DNA of 64,000 bases. It comes from Octopus sinensis (lineage: Eukaryota). Below are positions 13,053 to 25,250 of the stretch, one piece after another. Position 1 is the stretch's first letter. Every line of letters begins with the position of its first letter. The stretch spans positions 10,850,001 through 10,914,000 of the forward strand of contig NC_043000.1 of assembly GCF_006345805.1 (NCBI RefSeq), read 5' to 3'. The notes beneath the pieces were generated by a model. That model ran no database searches. It saw only the letters and a list, made by a program, of their open reading frames with translations, and was not told the origin of the DNA. The position numbers and the translations under genes are program-made.

Positions 13053-13630
13053 TAGGTTTATGTATGTGTGTATGTGTGTGTGTGAGTGTTGGTTATGGTT
13101 GCTAGAATCGTATTGCAAGTGTATATGTGTATGTGTTTTTTCTTGGAATGTGTGTGGGTTTGTGGTCTAGAGTGGGGGCATTGTGTTTTTGTGTGTGTGT
13201 ATATGTATGTGTGTTTGCATTGGAGGTTTGCATTGTATTTGTGTGTGTGTTTGTTTTTGGTATGTACCGGGGGGGGGGGGTTACGTTAGAGTATGTTTAG
13301 TTGTGGTCTGGGATATTTACCTTTTCACTGGCAGATTTAGAAAATAATTTTTTGTTACTAAACACTTCAAACTTCGTATACTGGTAGAATGTGTCATATA
13401 AAACATCTTTAACTCATAGCATTTTTGGGAAAAGTTTATGTTTATGAAGTTATTTCGTGTTAAAGTTCTCGTATTTCGGTAATTTCAACCAATCAATGAC
13501 GTGTATTCAGCTGAATAAAATTACTGCCGTTGTTTGTCAACCACAACTATCAGCGGTGTATTTTTGTGTGTTTTGTGCTGATGGGGATAAACACAGAGGA
13601 TTGGCACAAATACCACAAGGTATTATATTC

Positions 13631-14070
13631 TTTTCTACTCTAGGCACAAGGCCCAAAATTTTTTGGGAGGGGCCAGTTGATTAGATCAATCCCAGGATGC
13701 AACTGGTACTTAATTTAGCAAGCTTGAAAGAATGAAAGGCAAAGTCAACCTCGGTGGAATTTGAACTTAGAACGTAAAGACAGTTGAAATAGCGCAAAGC
13801 ATTTCGCCCGGCATGCCAACGTTTCTGCCAGCTTGCTACCTCATGAGGTATTATATTCTTTTCTACTCAAGACACAAGGCCTGAGATTTTTGGGGAGGGG
13901 CCAGTTGATTAGATCAACACCAGGATGCAACTGGTACTTAATTTACTGACCCTGAAAAGATGAAATGCAAAGTCGACTGGGTGGAATTTGAACTCAGAAT
14001 GTAAAGGCATGAAATACTGCAAAGCATTTCGCCTGGCGTGCCAACGTTTCTGCCAGCTCGCTGCCTCACG
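13631..14070 (-). mobile_element. Two tandem SINE family 2 copies
   Basis: AGGTATTATATTC occurs at 13618, 13846 and 14071. Confidence 0.85.
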
Positions 14071-14489
14071 AGGTATTATATTCAACACACTAATGAGGTC
14101 ATGAAATTAGTCATTGAAACGTTATTTGGTGAAACTAACTGAAAATCTAGAATTTGATATAAATTTAGCTTTATTTTTTCAATGAATGTCATGCTGTGGT
14201 GAGCAAAAATAAAAATAAAACTGACCCATTTTTTAAACTTGTTTTTGACATGAAAAACTATTCTTAGAGAAACAGAAATTTTTATCTAGCTATGATCAAA
14301 TTCTGATCGGGCATTGAACTTGTTGTTTTGCCACACTTCAACCCTGATACAACAGACCTTAGCTGTAAGTGATATCCACCATGGCCATCCTGTGTACCTA
14401 GACCTGTGCATTCATTATGTAATACAATCTTGTTGTTGTTTCTAGCAGTTTCCATTTTTGGATTGATTGCATGAAGGAAAATGAAAAGA

Positions 14490-15150
14490 AGACATGGTTC
14501 TGGGTTCAGTCCCACTGCGTGGCACCTTGGGCAAGTGTCTTCTACTATAGCCTCGGGTTGACCAAAGCCTTGTAAGTGGATTTGGTAGATGGAAACTGAA
14601 AGAAGCCTGTCGTGTATATGTATATGTATATATATGTGTGTGTGTGTTTGTGTGTCTGTGTTTGTCCCCCCAACATCGCTTGACAACCGATGCTGGTGTG
14701 TTTACATCCCCATAACTTAGCGGTTCGGCCAAAGAGACCGATAGAATAAGTACTAGGCTTACAAAGAATAAGTCCTGGGGTCGATTTGCTCGACTAAAGG
14801 CGGTGCTCCAGCATGGCCTCAGTCACATGACTGAAACAAGTAAAAGAGTAAAGAGATATAGTGGCTGTGTGGTTAAGATGCTTGCTTCCCAACCATGTGA
14901 TTTTAGGTTCAGTTCTGCTGCATGACACTCTGGGCAAATGTCTTCTACTATAAGCCTAGGCCAAACAAAATTTTGTGAGTGAACTTGGTCGATGAAAACT
15001 GAAAGAAGTCCATTGTATATATGTGTGTGTTTATACCGTTTTTGATAACCTATGTTGATTTGTTTACATCCTGTGACCCAGCAGTTCAGCAAAAGAGACT
15101 GAAAGAATAAGTACCAAGCTTAAAAAATAAGTACTGGAATCAGTTTGTTT
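14490..15150 (+). mobile_element. Two adjacent SINE family 1 copies (second degenerate)
   Basis: Similarity to 2131-2510. Confidence 0.8.
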
Positions 15151-15344
15151 GACTATGAGGGTATGCTGAAAAGTTCATAGGCTGACCAAGATACTTTCAT
15201 GGAAATTGGCCAAATAAACTTTATTTTTCAACACAGCTTCCCCCATCACACTTGTGGTCCACACACTTCTTCCATCGGTGTTGCAGTGCTTGGAATCCAT
15301 TTGTAAAGAAGCTTTACTTTTTTACAATAGGACAAAATTTATAT

Positions 15345-15657
15345 TGTAAAGTATAGGAGCCATCTTATCATGGCTAACCACATTGGGGAGGGGGTTGTTA
15401 CTGTAGCTTTATAGCCCCAAGAGATCTTCGTCTCTAGCTGGCTCTAAACACAATATCTGTGTCTTTGGAGTATTTGCAAAGGGAGGCCATCCCTTCCTCG
15501 CAAGCCTGAGTGATACGCTCGAACTAGTTTCGGGATGTTTGTCCCTCGTCAACGGGCAGCAACCACCAGGTAGCGATAAAAGTGAAGGCTCCTATGCAAA
15601 TAGATATAAGTTTTTCTAATGGGGTTAGCCATGATAAGATGGCTCCTATACTTTACA
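15345..15657. mobile_element. 313-bp MITE, Ginger-like termini, inside the old mariner
   Basis: 40-bp TIRs with 1 mismatch (TGTAAAGTATAGGAGCCATCTTATCATGGCTAAC...), TGT...ACA ends, flanks atat/ttat. Confidence 0.75.
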
Positions 15658-16675
15658 TTATCGAGCGATTACTGTTTCAATCTCATTCTGAGATTTAAAA
15701 AAATTTATATTATTTGCTCTCAACCAAAGTAAGGCTCTACAACCTTACTACCTCCTCCTGGTCCAAAAACAAAAAAAAAAAGAGAATGGACGTTGTGGAG
15801 GGGTCTCTAATAAACCAGCCTCTCAGTCCACAAAAAAAAAATCCCAAAAACCTCGAATCTTTCTCTTCCTTTTGTCATCAACAGCAGATATGACATAATC
15901 ATCCCTGCAATTCTGGTTCCCAGTCAAGTATTCTTTTATGCTGGAGAACAGATGATAGTTAGATGGGGCCAAATCAAAAGATTAGGAAGGGTGATCAACC
16001 AGTTCAAAGCCACAGTCATGCACAGAAGCCATTGAACAAAGGACTTATGTGCTAGAGCATTGTCCTGATGAAACAAGACCCCCTTTATCAGTTTTCCTGG
16101 CTGTTTGGTCTTGATAGCTTTCATAACTGCTTCAACAAATTTGTATTCAACTCTCCATCGATGATATGGCCCTTTTGAAGATAGCCAATAAATACAAAGT
16201 CTTTTGCATTTCAAAAAACTGAGCCCATCACCTGTAGATGAAACAAGCTTGGCTTTCTGTTGAGTAGGTAAATAGGGGTGTTTCCACTGTATGGATTGTC
16301 TAAGGAAACCACTTCAAACAGTCTCAGATTTTATTGTGATGTGTATCAGAAAACGTCACACCCACCAAGTAGTAACCGTCATCATGCCAAGTTCATTGAG
16401 CAAAATATTCTCAACTTGCTCAAAGGAGACACTAATAGCATTGGTTATTTGATTTACAGCCAATCACTTGTCATCCATCACCATGTGGTGAACATAATCA
16501 ATGTTTTCATCAGTGGTGGCAGTTGCAGGACATTCAGACCTTGGGTCATCTTCAAGACTCTCCCCTCCTCTCCTAAATTCAGCTGCCCACTTTTGCCCTG
16601 TTGATAAAGCTAGAGAATCATCTCTTAATGTAGCAATCATGTCAGCATGAATGTCCCTGGGAGTTAAACCCTTTT

Positions 16676-16904
16676 ACTTATTTCTTTATTGCCCACAAGG
16701 GGCTAAACATAGAGGGGACAAACAAGGACAGACAAATAACATCGACTCCAGTGTGTAACTGGTACTTAATTTATCGACCCTGAAAGGATGAAAGGCAAAG
16801 TCGACCTCAGCAGAATTTGAACTCAGAACATAACGGCAGATGAAATACCGCTAAGCATTTCGCCTGGCATGCTACCGCTTTTGTCAGCTCGCTGCCTTGA
16901 AAAA
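16676..16904 (-). mobile_element. SINE family 2 inside the mariner
   Basis: 16-bp TSD GGAGTTAAACCCTTTT. Confidence 0.9.
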
Positions 16905-17139
16905 GGAGTTAAACCCTTTTTCTGCTGGTACATGATAACATCACAATGTCAAATTTTGTCCATTTTCAAGAGAAGTTGTGACTAGTTATATTTGAAGTCT
17001 TCTTTGAACAGTCAGATGTCAGTTTACCTGGAAAGAAACAATGCAATTATTAAAAAGAAGAGTTTAAGTTAATGCATGCAAAATTTCACAGTTCTAGCAT
17101 CATTCCTTCATAAGTAGCTTACCCTTGTAGTTGATCTCA

Positions 17140-18350
17140 AGAGACCATTGACCTGCACTCGAAAAAAATCATGTCAGCTACTGATGGTGGTACAGCATCT
17201 GCTGTGGTCTTCTTCTTCTTCCAATCAGGACTCACGCCATTAGCCACAAAGAATAATCTCTAAGTTGAACCTACTCTAAGCTATTAAGAATGCATGTGGC
17301 AACTTGAAGATCCACCAACCACATGCAATAGACTGGCAGTTGAACGGGCGCAAAAGCTACATTGTTATCCTCATTCCGTAAATGGTGGCTTTTAATGGGT
17401 GGAGAGCTGAACCATCCTGGGGTACAGAGGATTCACAATCTAGACTAGGGTCTGAAAGCTTACCTCACTATAGTGCGTTACACCATGGTTCCTCTGCTTT
17501 GTGTCAGAAGTAGGAAGAAAGAGTGAGAGAAAGTTGTGGTGAAAGAGTACAGCAGGGGTCACCATCCCTCCCCGCCAGAGCCTCGTGGAGCTTAGGTGTT
17601 TTTGCTCAATAAACACTCACAATCCCCAGTTTGGGAATCGAAACCGCGCTCTTATGACCATGAGTCCGCTGCCCTAACCACTGGGCCATTGCGCCTCCAC
17701 TCTGCTGTGGTTGTAGAAGCCTACATGGGAGTGACAGTCACACATACAGCGACTGCATCTGAAGGAGATCTCTGCAGGCGCTACTGATTTTCTCTTCAGT
17801 TGAGTGCACTTTTCTTTGGTGGCGAGTTCCTGTTTTTCTTCCTCTCACTTCATCTCCTTTCGCAGTATTTGTCTCTAGCCTGAGTAATCATTTGCAACCT
17901 CCTCCCATCTCAGGACATCCAGATCAAGCGACTTCATATCTCCCTTGCAGATGTCCTTGAAATGAAGGTGATGTTGTCCTCCTGCTCTTGTGCTGTTGTT
18001 GTTAAGCAACAAGACGGGTAGGGGTGATTAGGTGATGGTCTAGGGCTTAGGGGCAGGAGACCCCAGACCTTGGAAAAAAAAAAACTTTGGCTGTCTTGTT
18101 GTAGTCGAGGGCTCTTCGTTGACGCCCGACACCACAGGGAGGTGGCCTTCAAAGTCGCTGGAAATGGAGATCTCCAGGTCCAAATTCTTGAATGGCTGTT
18201 CGTGTGCTGGTGGCCAATTCTCCATACAGGAAGTCTTTTCGAAGCTTCCCATTTGGCATGCGATGTACATGGTTGAGCCAGCACAGATGCTGCTGCTGGA
18301 GCAGGGTGAGTATACTGGGCCAGTCCACTTGATATCCTACTCTTGTAAAC
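17140..18350 (-). mobile_element. Fragmented BovB-like RTE LINE 3' end, interrupted by a 207-bp insert and a SINE
   Basis: WLNHVHRMPNGKLRKDFLYGELAT, then HFKDICKGDMK, then the Cys/His tail FRCSRCMCDCHSHVGFYNHSR. Confidence 0.75.
17499..17699 (-). mobile_element. SINE family 3, 5' part
   Basis: Matches 600-797; flanked by CTCTGCT on both sides. Confidence 0.8.
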
Positions 18351-19904
18351 CCTAAATTTCTTAAATTTTCACTTTTTTTAAAAAAATTTGGGGCAAAATA
18401 CATAGAAAAATATGGAGATTATGATTCTGAAAAGAAAAATTTGTAAAATTTCAATTTAAAAAAAAAAAAAAAAATTGAAACAATTAAAAAGAAAATCAAA
18501 CAAAAGAAAGATAAATAAAGACAAAAGCTGACTGTGTTTAATGAAAAGACCAGGAGATTTATTGCAATCTTCAAAATAAATATCACAGATCAAAAAAATG
18601 TCATTGAATGAAGCGAACACAGAACATTGACTATAAGACATCAGACATTATAATTGTGTTGGAATGTATCGGTTGAAAAGGAAGAAGTTCGGTGAGCAAC
18701 AGTGACAGTTTTCTGTACCTAGATCATTCCTGGGAGAATATTTTTGCTTAAGGTACTCAGAATAAATTGGATTTAGTAAAAGGAAAGAAACTATGAACAA
18801 CTTTGTTGAATGATAAACTGAATAGTCAGTGATAAAGCTGATTATAGGATGGATTGTGATACAAGTCAGAGACTGTATATAGTAATTCTGATAAGTAATG
18901 AATGGGCATTTCAAGACTAGTTTTTCTTAAATACTAACAAATTTCATATAATTATCAGTATCGTCATCACTAGAAATAGCAGTAATTTTTAAACCATAAT
19001 TTATACAAGTAATTTTTTAGGATTTATTGATGAGGTCACGAATGGCAAGGAAAGAACTTTAACAAACCTAGCAGATTGATTGATTGGTTGAATGATTAAT
19101 CAAATAATCAACTAGTTAACTGGTTACATGGTTAACCAATTAACTACTACTAATAATAATTGAAGAAGTGAAATAAAACCAGTGCATGTGTTTATTATTG
19201 GCATAATGACCCTCCTGAGACACAACAAAATATGTTTCAAAACACATAAAAAATCTTGCAAACCAATTACAAAAACAAAGTATTAACAATTTTAACAATA
19301 TTAACAATTTTTTAAAAAATAAAACACTGTTGATCTTTAAATTCAGGACATTAAAATTTTGAAGTTTTTTCCATATTCTATCAAGATATTATAAGCTTCA
19401 ACACTGGGATCTTGCAGTTCAAGCCTTTGCAGAAAAATTTGGATTTATATTTCAGAAATCTAATTAGTTTTCTCAAATTTATATTTCATGTTTTCATTGA
19501 TTATTGATTCTCATTAGTGAAATTAGTCAATGTATACAGTGTCCCAGACAGGATTTGAACTGAATCTTTATTTCAAAATGAAGTGAATTAACATTTAGAG
19601 ACAAAGGTTCAAAATCTAACCTGAGGGAATCTAGACCTTCATGAACAAGGGCCCTGATAATGATAACAGATAAAAATCAATGAAATATTGCATAAAAGGA
19701 AACACAAACGAAGTTAATTATCAGGATATTTCATCTCAGAGATTTAGACATTGATAATACTAAACCAATTCTACTCTGTAAGCATTCAATGATTTAGGTA
19801 ATTTAATCAAAGTATTTAACAAAGAGTGGCAATGATCTTCAGGAATATGGAGATGACAATGGTATTATTTCAAGAGGAACGATCCCCCAAATTTGACTAA
19901 TTAA

Positions 19905-20124
19905 CCCTTTCGTTACTGTATTTATTTTGAGATGCTCTGTGTTTCTTTCAATTACTTTAAATATAACAAAGAATTTAGTAAAATAACTTAGTTATCCTTC
20001 AGCTAGTGTTGGGAACATAAATTGGGACTAAGGTTTGGTGGAAGATTTTAATTCAAAACTTTTGAAAACAGGACATTTGTACTCAGAGCCAGAGCCGATT
20101 TCAGCCGGGTTGGTAATGAAAGGG
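19905..20124. mobile_element. 220-bp piggyBac-like MITE
   Basis: TTAA|CCCTTTCGTTAC...GTAATGAAAGGG|TTAA. Confidence 0.85.
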
Positions 20125-21035
20125 TTAAACAATGATGATCATTATCATATCATATGATATGATGTTTCGTTTTGCTATAAGTTGATGTGACTGAGAAAAC
20201 AAAACGTTAACGAACCTGAAAGATTTCAAATAAAATGGTAAAATGGTGGCTATAATTTGTGAAATTTTGTTGTCAGTACACTGTTGTCACCTAGTAGAGG
20301 GACAGTAGTAACAGAATGTAATATTCTTAAATATATGGTGCTCAAACATTTTCATATTGATAGCTGTATGGTTAAGAAGATTATTTTGCAACCATTTGGT
20401 ATTAGGTTGAGTCACACTGCATGGTACATTGAACAAGTCTCTTCAAATATAGTCTAGGGCAAACCAATGCATTGTGAGTGAATTTGGAATTTGTCATACA
20501 CTCACACATATATATATATGTGTGTGACTTTGTGCCTCAACTGGCGTTGGATTGAATGCTAAATGGTTCAAGTTAAGGATCTTTATCAACCATTAAAAAA
20601 AAACCCTGCAAGGTCTCTTAGTCTGGTACTTTCTTATTTTGCCTCACAGTCCTACTACACAGTTTAAAATAGGTGTAGTATGGCTGAATGGCTAAAGAAT
20701 CCACAAGGTCTTGGGTTCAGTCCTGCTGTATGGGATCTTGGATATATGTCATTTTCTATAGCATTGGGTTGAATCATATCTTGTGTGTGAAGTTAGTGTA
20801 GAAAGAAACTGTACAGAAGCCCAGCTGGTGGATTATACCTGTAATTCAAAAGTTACAATCTTGTCATACCCTGTGTTGTGCTGATTTTAGCTGAGAATTA
20901 TGTTCAGGGTTCATATGTCTGTAAAATGCTCAGTTGCTTAGACATTAATTCAGGAGCAGGTAATTCAGTCACTGGAACAACTGAAAGCTCCTCATCAGAC
21001 AATAAAGATCTATCATCACACAATTTAACAATGGT

Positions 21036-21300
21036 GGAGGCACGTGGCCTAGTGGTTAGAGCAGTGGACTCGCGGTCGAGGGATCACGAGTTCGAATTTC
21101 AGACTGGGCGATCTGTGTGTTTATGAGCGAAACACCTAAGCTCCACCAGAAGGTAATGACGAACTGGTGCTGACTCTTTCCTCCTGCATCTTGCAGCTCA
21201 CCTGCAACAGAATGGCGTCCCGTCCAGGTGGGGAACCTATATGCCAAGGAAACCGGCCCTGTGAGCCAGGCATGGCTTGAGAAAGAACAAACAACAACAG
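21036..21300 (+). mobile_element. SINE family 3 with (AAC)n tail
   Basis: A box TGGCCTAGTGG, B box GAGTTCGAATT, 12-bp TSD TTTAACAATGGT. Confidence 0.9.
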
Positions 21301-22753
21301 TTTAACAATGGTTTCACACAGTTGTTCTTAACCGTTTTTCTTTTGTAGTGCACCTTGTCCTTTTAAGTAGTTGTAATGCCTAGCACCCACTTAAGTCAGT
21401 GATATATCATGACTAAACTTACTTAACATGAACGATAAGTTATAAATTTTACTTTAAAAATGGATTGTATAAGCTTTTAATAGTGAAATGATAAAAAATT
21501 AATTCAGACAAAAGTTGTAAATTTACTTTATACATATCAAATTAATGACTTCTCTGTGCCTAATGGGTCATTTTATTTTAATAACCATAACTAGTTTTAA
21601 CATGCATAACATAACAACTACTACAGGTAGAAGTTAGTGTGTTAATTATGTTACATAACTCCCCTTTGACATGCCTAGCACCCATTTGGGAGTGATACCA
21701 CTCACTTTAAAAACTTCTGGTTTAACGCAGGGAGTAACAAAGGTTATTGCATTCATACTGTCCTCAAAAACTAAAAAGATAAAGCCATATTAACCAAGAA
21801 TTGAAACCAAATAGAAAATATTCTAAAAGGAAGTACAGTTTCTGTTGATGCGAGGTTTATGTAGATCCCAAGTGGGTTACCGTAATAACCATTTCTACAG
21901 AAATTAGATATATTTATGGAGTTCCATACAACTTTAGAAGTTAGAAGAGTCTTTCATATAAAGATTGAAAGATTTATTCTTCTAGATGTAAACCTGGTTG
22001 GTGAGTATTTACAACTATAATAAAGCAAGGTGTAGCTTATGAAAATAGCTGGCAAGGCTCTGTTTTGATGTCATCATTCAACTGCACTGGATCTGAGTAC
22101 AACACAGATCTGATGATTGTAGAGAACAAAGAAAATTTCTTATGGTTTCTTGACATTAGTTGATGAAACAGATTGTTCTAAACACCTGCAGAAATAGACT
22201 GTGATCTGCAAGCAATGTAATCTAGGCCCTGATGGTTAGAGCACAAAAATATGTCGGAGTCAGTTATGCTTATATCAATACTGAATGTATTTCATTAAAG
22301 TGCAGGTATATTCTACCAATCCCATGAGAGAGAGAAATATATATATTCATTTATTATAATCTCTTTGAGTCTTATAGTTTATACCATAGTTTTCTTTAAA
22401 TGTTCTGCCAATCCACTTTGCTAATAATTTCTAACACAGGCACGAGGCCCAACATTTATGGAAAGGGAAGTAGTCAATTACATTGATCCCAGTACTTGAC
22501 TGGTACTTTATTTTATTAATCTTGGAGAGGTATAAAACGAAGTTGACTCTAAAGAGTTTAAACATGAAATGGTTAGAGTCAGGACCCACAGCACAAGACT
22601 CGTTGTCTAACACTGTAATGACTTTGCAAACTGATAGTATGTGCTTGAGTTTTGGAATGTAAAAGCAACTATTCTGACCAGCTGTTCTAGAAAAAGTAGG
22701 AAGATCATATTAAGCTTTCATACCAAGAATTGACTATTACACCTCTAAAATTA

Positions 22754-23254
22754 CCGTAAATCTTTGAGTATAGTCTGCCCTTGAGTATAATACGCAGGGT
22801 ATTTTTAGGGGTCTGTACCTCTGAAAAAACCTAAACTTTGTGTATAATATGCACCCCTACTCTAACTTGAGTCAAGAAGGTCTATATAACGTCCTTGGTT
22901 TGTAAAACTGTATACGGTAACGTCCTTTATTATTATTGTATACATAACAATGCAAACGTGTAGCATTTTTATGCATTTTGTTTGCAGAAATAGCAGTAAT
23001 AACGTTTAATAAATGCTGCTTACTGCAAGTTATGGATGATTCTTTTATGACTTCATTGCTTTCAGGCTTAGCTTAAGGTATTTTTGCTGCCGACATCACA
23101 AAATGTGTCTGAATAAAGATTGCCGGACAGCAAATAGAGACTCGGACATTGCTTAGAAAATATTTTTCATTTTTAACCTCGTATATAGTACGCATGAGGG
23201 ATTTTGACCTTTAAATTTTTGGGGAAAATGTGGATTATACTTGAGGATTTATGG
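22754..23254. mobile_element. pogo/Tigger-like non-autonomous element (~500 bp)
   Basis: TA|CCGTAAATC...GATTTATGG|TA with degenerate ~25-bp TIRs. Confidence 0.65.
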
Positions 23255-24537
23255 TAAATAAAATCTAATTTAGTTGGTTAAAGAGATGTGAAAACCTGTG
23301 TCAAGATAAGTAAGTCCACTAGAAACATCCTCACATGTAGAAATGTCAAAGTAATGTTAGCTTAGTTCTCAGTGCAATTTTAGTTTCCTCTGTTGTCTAT
23401 GTTAAAATGTGACTAGTTAGGACAGATTTAGATACCTACCACTAATTCTGACTTGGTGTTCAGGTATCATAATAGACGATACAAAGATTGCACTATGGCA
23501 GCTACCATATATAAATGGAGAAATAAGAAAATGAAACAAAAATTTATGTTGAAATATTTCAAATTATTGTTTTTTTTTGTGTTTGTTAATCATGATTAGA
23601 GTAGTTGTGGTGGTAGAAGATCCTATAGCTTTATCAATCCTACAAAGCTAAAATATTCAAAGTCAAGCAAAAATGAATGTAAAATATTATCAATAGTGGT
23701 AATAGAGACAAATGTCTAACCCATTATAAAGCAAAAATATGATTACACACAGATAAAGCTATCACCAAATTGGCTGTAGCAAACACATGGCTACATGTTG
23801 GTAAGAAGAAGAATAGAACAAATTAGAGATGAGCAATAATTTTGAGTTGTTTCATTTGAGGACCAAATGTTACTGCATGCGAAAATGAGATGAACTGTCA
23901 CAAAGAGGGAAATAATAAAGGAAAATTCACTTCACTTTAACTTAGCTGTGTTTGATTTTGTAAGCCTGTATTCTAGGTTATGAGAGAAAGTATGTGGTGA
24001 GACAAACACACAAGGTGTCATTGTTGTCAATGGTCACACAAAAAAATCTCACAAAAGTGTGGAATGAGGCGAGCCATACAAAAGCCAGTCTATGAGAAAG
24101 CATAACATACTTTCTTATAGATTTTAAAATCTACAACAATGAATGCATAAGATACTTTAAAATAAAATTTTAAAATCATGCAAGTTATATTTGCAATAGC
24201 CTACAACTTAAAAAGAAGACTTAAGAGTTACTTAAGTGGTTGACAGCTAGCTAGCAAGTGTCTGCTACTATAACCCCAGGCTAACCCTTGTGGAACAAGG
24301 AAAGGGAAACTGTTTGGAAGCCCATCATATGTGTGTTTGTGTTTGTGTGTGTGTGTGTGGCAAATGTTGACATGACTGTAGCTTTGTGCTTTTGAAGGCC
24401 AGTTGAATAAAAATCCTTACCTAATAGGTAAGGGTTAGCATCAGGAAAGGCATCTGACCATATAAAATGCTGCCTCAAATTGTCTCCATCCAACCCATGC
24501 TAACATGGATAAAATAGACATTAAACGAATAAATATG

Positions 24538-24568
<31 letters not shown>

Positions 24569-24839
24569 GTGTTTTTAAATAATTTTGTTTAAAGTCAAAA
24601 CAATGTAAGTTATAAAAAATCAAAAAGACAGGTTAGTGGTTTGTACTTTGACCTGCTGTTTGAATATTTTGGAGTTAGGACCATTTCTTCACAGCATCAT
24701 GTCTCTGAAGATTTCCTGAAGAAGTGATCCAAACTCTGAAACATTGAAATATCAGGTGAAACTACAAGCCATTGACCTCATCATCATTTGATGTCCAATT
24801 TTTATAACATGCATTGTTTTGGCTTTAAGCAAAAATAAT

Positions 24840-25164
24840 TACTCACACATGTATATATATATGCATACAAATATATTCATACATGCATATATACACATAT
24901 TTGTGTGTGTATATATATATAGTGAGAATTTACAAAAAAACAAATGATGAAGATGGGTGTGTAAACAACAAACAGATGTATTAATTTAACACTAATGAAG
25001 TCTTTTACATTCTGAGCCTATGCTCTTCGACAGAAAGGAACACAGAAGTAAACAGGGAGAGAAAAGAGAAAAAGGTATAGTGGCTATACATACATGTATA
25101 TACATATACACACACACATATATATGCATATATACATTCATACACATACATACATGTATATATG

Positions 25165-25208
<44 letters not shown>

Positions 25209-25250
25209 CATACATGTTTAAACATATACACATATATATTATATATATAA
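24840..25250. repeat. Compound TA/CA microsatellites around a short Penelope-like terminal fragment
   Basis: Repeats are directly visible. The fragment CCTTTCTGTCGAAGAGCATAGGCTCAGAATG (minus strand) resembles PLE-type ends; the Penelope call is weak. Confidence 0.5.

Larger units (their letters stand above)
15156..17110 (-). mobile_element. Decayed mariner transposon with nested insertions
   Basis: N-terminus MDKI*HCDVIMYQQKKGLTPRDIHADM near 16960, VLFHQDNALAHKS near 16060, C-terminus FFTNGFQALQHRWKKCVD near 15270. TA flanks and degenerate TIRs. Confidence 0.8.

Noticed and set aside
14282-14686. 134-aa minus-strand ORF
   Set aside because: Mostly SINE-derived; the remaining ~60 aa lack convincing splice sites or homology I recognise.
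16960-17025. Strong minus-strand acceptor (tgtttctttccag)
   Set aside because: Lies in the 5' region of the decayed mariner; the following frames stop quickly.
413-21300. tRNA genes
   Set aside because: The A/B-box sequences are SINE heads that continue into SINE bodies with tails and TSDs; no complete cloverleaf.
21376-21684. 14-bp direct repeat ATGCCTAGCACCCA about 295 bp apart
   Set aside because: No TE hallmarks between the copies; too short to interpret.
22060-22170. C/D-box snoRNA-like motifs (TGATGA, CTGA)
   Set aside because: The boxes are not in the right order and spacing, and there is no terminal stem.
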